From: the human T2T-CHM13v2.0 reference genome, Homo sapiens | DNA length: 64,000 nucleotides | Direction: 5' to 3' (one strand) | Assembly (NCBI RefSeq): GCF_009914755.1 | Contig: NC_060933.1 | Shown here: positions 63,131-64,000 of the stretch, piece by piece | Layout of the letters: every line of letters starts with the position of its first letter | How positions within the stretch are numbered: position 1 is the first letter of the stretch | Notes under the pieces: model-generated | Seen by the model: only the letters and a program-made list of their open reading frames with translations | Told to the model about the DNA's origin: nothing | The model's database searches: none | Position numbers and translations under genes: made by a program

Positions 63131-63269
63131 TAAAGAGAAAAACAGGCTGTCTGGCAGCTCGGTGAACCCCCTCCCACTGACAGAAAGACAGTGCAGAGCT
63201 AGGAGCACACACATCCCACCACTGATGGGGGACAGTCATTTTTCAGGGCACATGGAGGGAGAAACAGTG

Positions 63270-63607
63270 GGTTAGTCAGGACAACCTAACTGCTGTAAAT
63301 AACAACACCAACATCTCAGTGCTTTAACACAAGTTTTTGTCTCACTCACTTCACAAGTTAATGCACAGTTGGGTGGAGGCTCTGTTCCACACAGTCACTT
63401 AGGGGCCCAGGCCCCTTCCATGTTATGGTTCTGTCATCTCATGGCGCTTTGCCTTTCAGGCCTAGAAGTAACCATACCTCACATTCTATTTGCCAGAACT
63501 GAGTCAAATGGTTTCACCTAACTGCGAAGGAGGCTGGGAAATGTAGTCTAGCTGGGTGCTAGGAAGAGGAAAATGGCTTGATGATCGTATAGCAGTCTCT
63601 GCTACAC
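63270..63607 (-). mobile_element. MLT1 (K/L-like) LTR
   Basis: ttagtcagga...ctgctgtaaataacaac...gggaaatgtagtctagctg...gcagtctctgctaca. Confidence 0.7.
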
Positions 63608-64000
63608 TCAGCCCTGGTGGCTCCAGCTTCTATTTACACAGTTGTTTTAGGACATATCCCAGCCTGGCTTCTCACAATAAAATGGCACAGGGACCTATCA
63701 CCTATAAGCCATCTAAAAATTCAGGTCTTAAACGTAAACTGCCCAATTCTCCTTGCTTGGCACCCTGCAAGTAAATGCCTTCCTTTCTCCCACTACAAAC
63801 CTTGGTGTGGATATCTGGTCCTACTGTGCCAGGCAAGGGCACCCCACATTGGTTCGGGAGTCACTCTACTCCCAACAGCCTCTCCCCCAACCTCCCTGCA
63901 CCAAGCCATTTTCCCCAAGGCACCCTCAAGCTGTCAGTTTAGGAGGGGTTTCCAACTCTGACCATCCTCTAAGCCTAGACCCACCCTCTGTCCCCATCTC

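Overview
This is primate, human-like genomic DNA (Alu, L1, THE1/MST and MER families), intergenic or deep intronic. I find no supportable protein-coding exon, structural RNA gene, CRISPR array or intact autonomous element. The supplied ORFs are explained by Alu/L1/LTR sequence, microsatellites or chance. About 30 Alus (J, S, Y), long decayed L1M/HAL1 tracts, MaLR LTRs (THE1, MSTA/THE1D, MLT1), an ERVL RT fossil, DNA transposons (MER45B, MER33, MER5, MER104-like), MIR/L2 and simple repeats fill most of the AT-rich 1-34 kb and 37-52 kb. GC-richer, largely unique DNA lies at ~35.5-36.7 kb and ~52.6-58.6 kb and contains two motif-dense candidate developmental enhancers and a perfect 32-bp VNTR. 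I cannot support a new biological system. The most unusual signal is a set of short DNA segments copied from 1.7-3.6 kb away, mostly inverted: 9815-10011 from 12243-12431, 49781-49884 from 47049-47152, and weaker cases at 34781 and 47457. These look like fossil templated insertions or template switches. Repeat subfamily names are from recall of consensus sequences, not a database search, and old-repeat boundaries are approximate.
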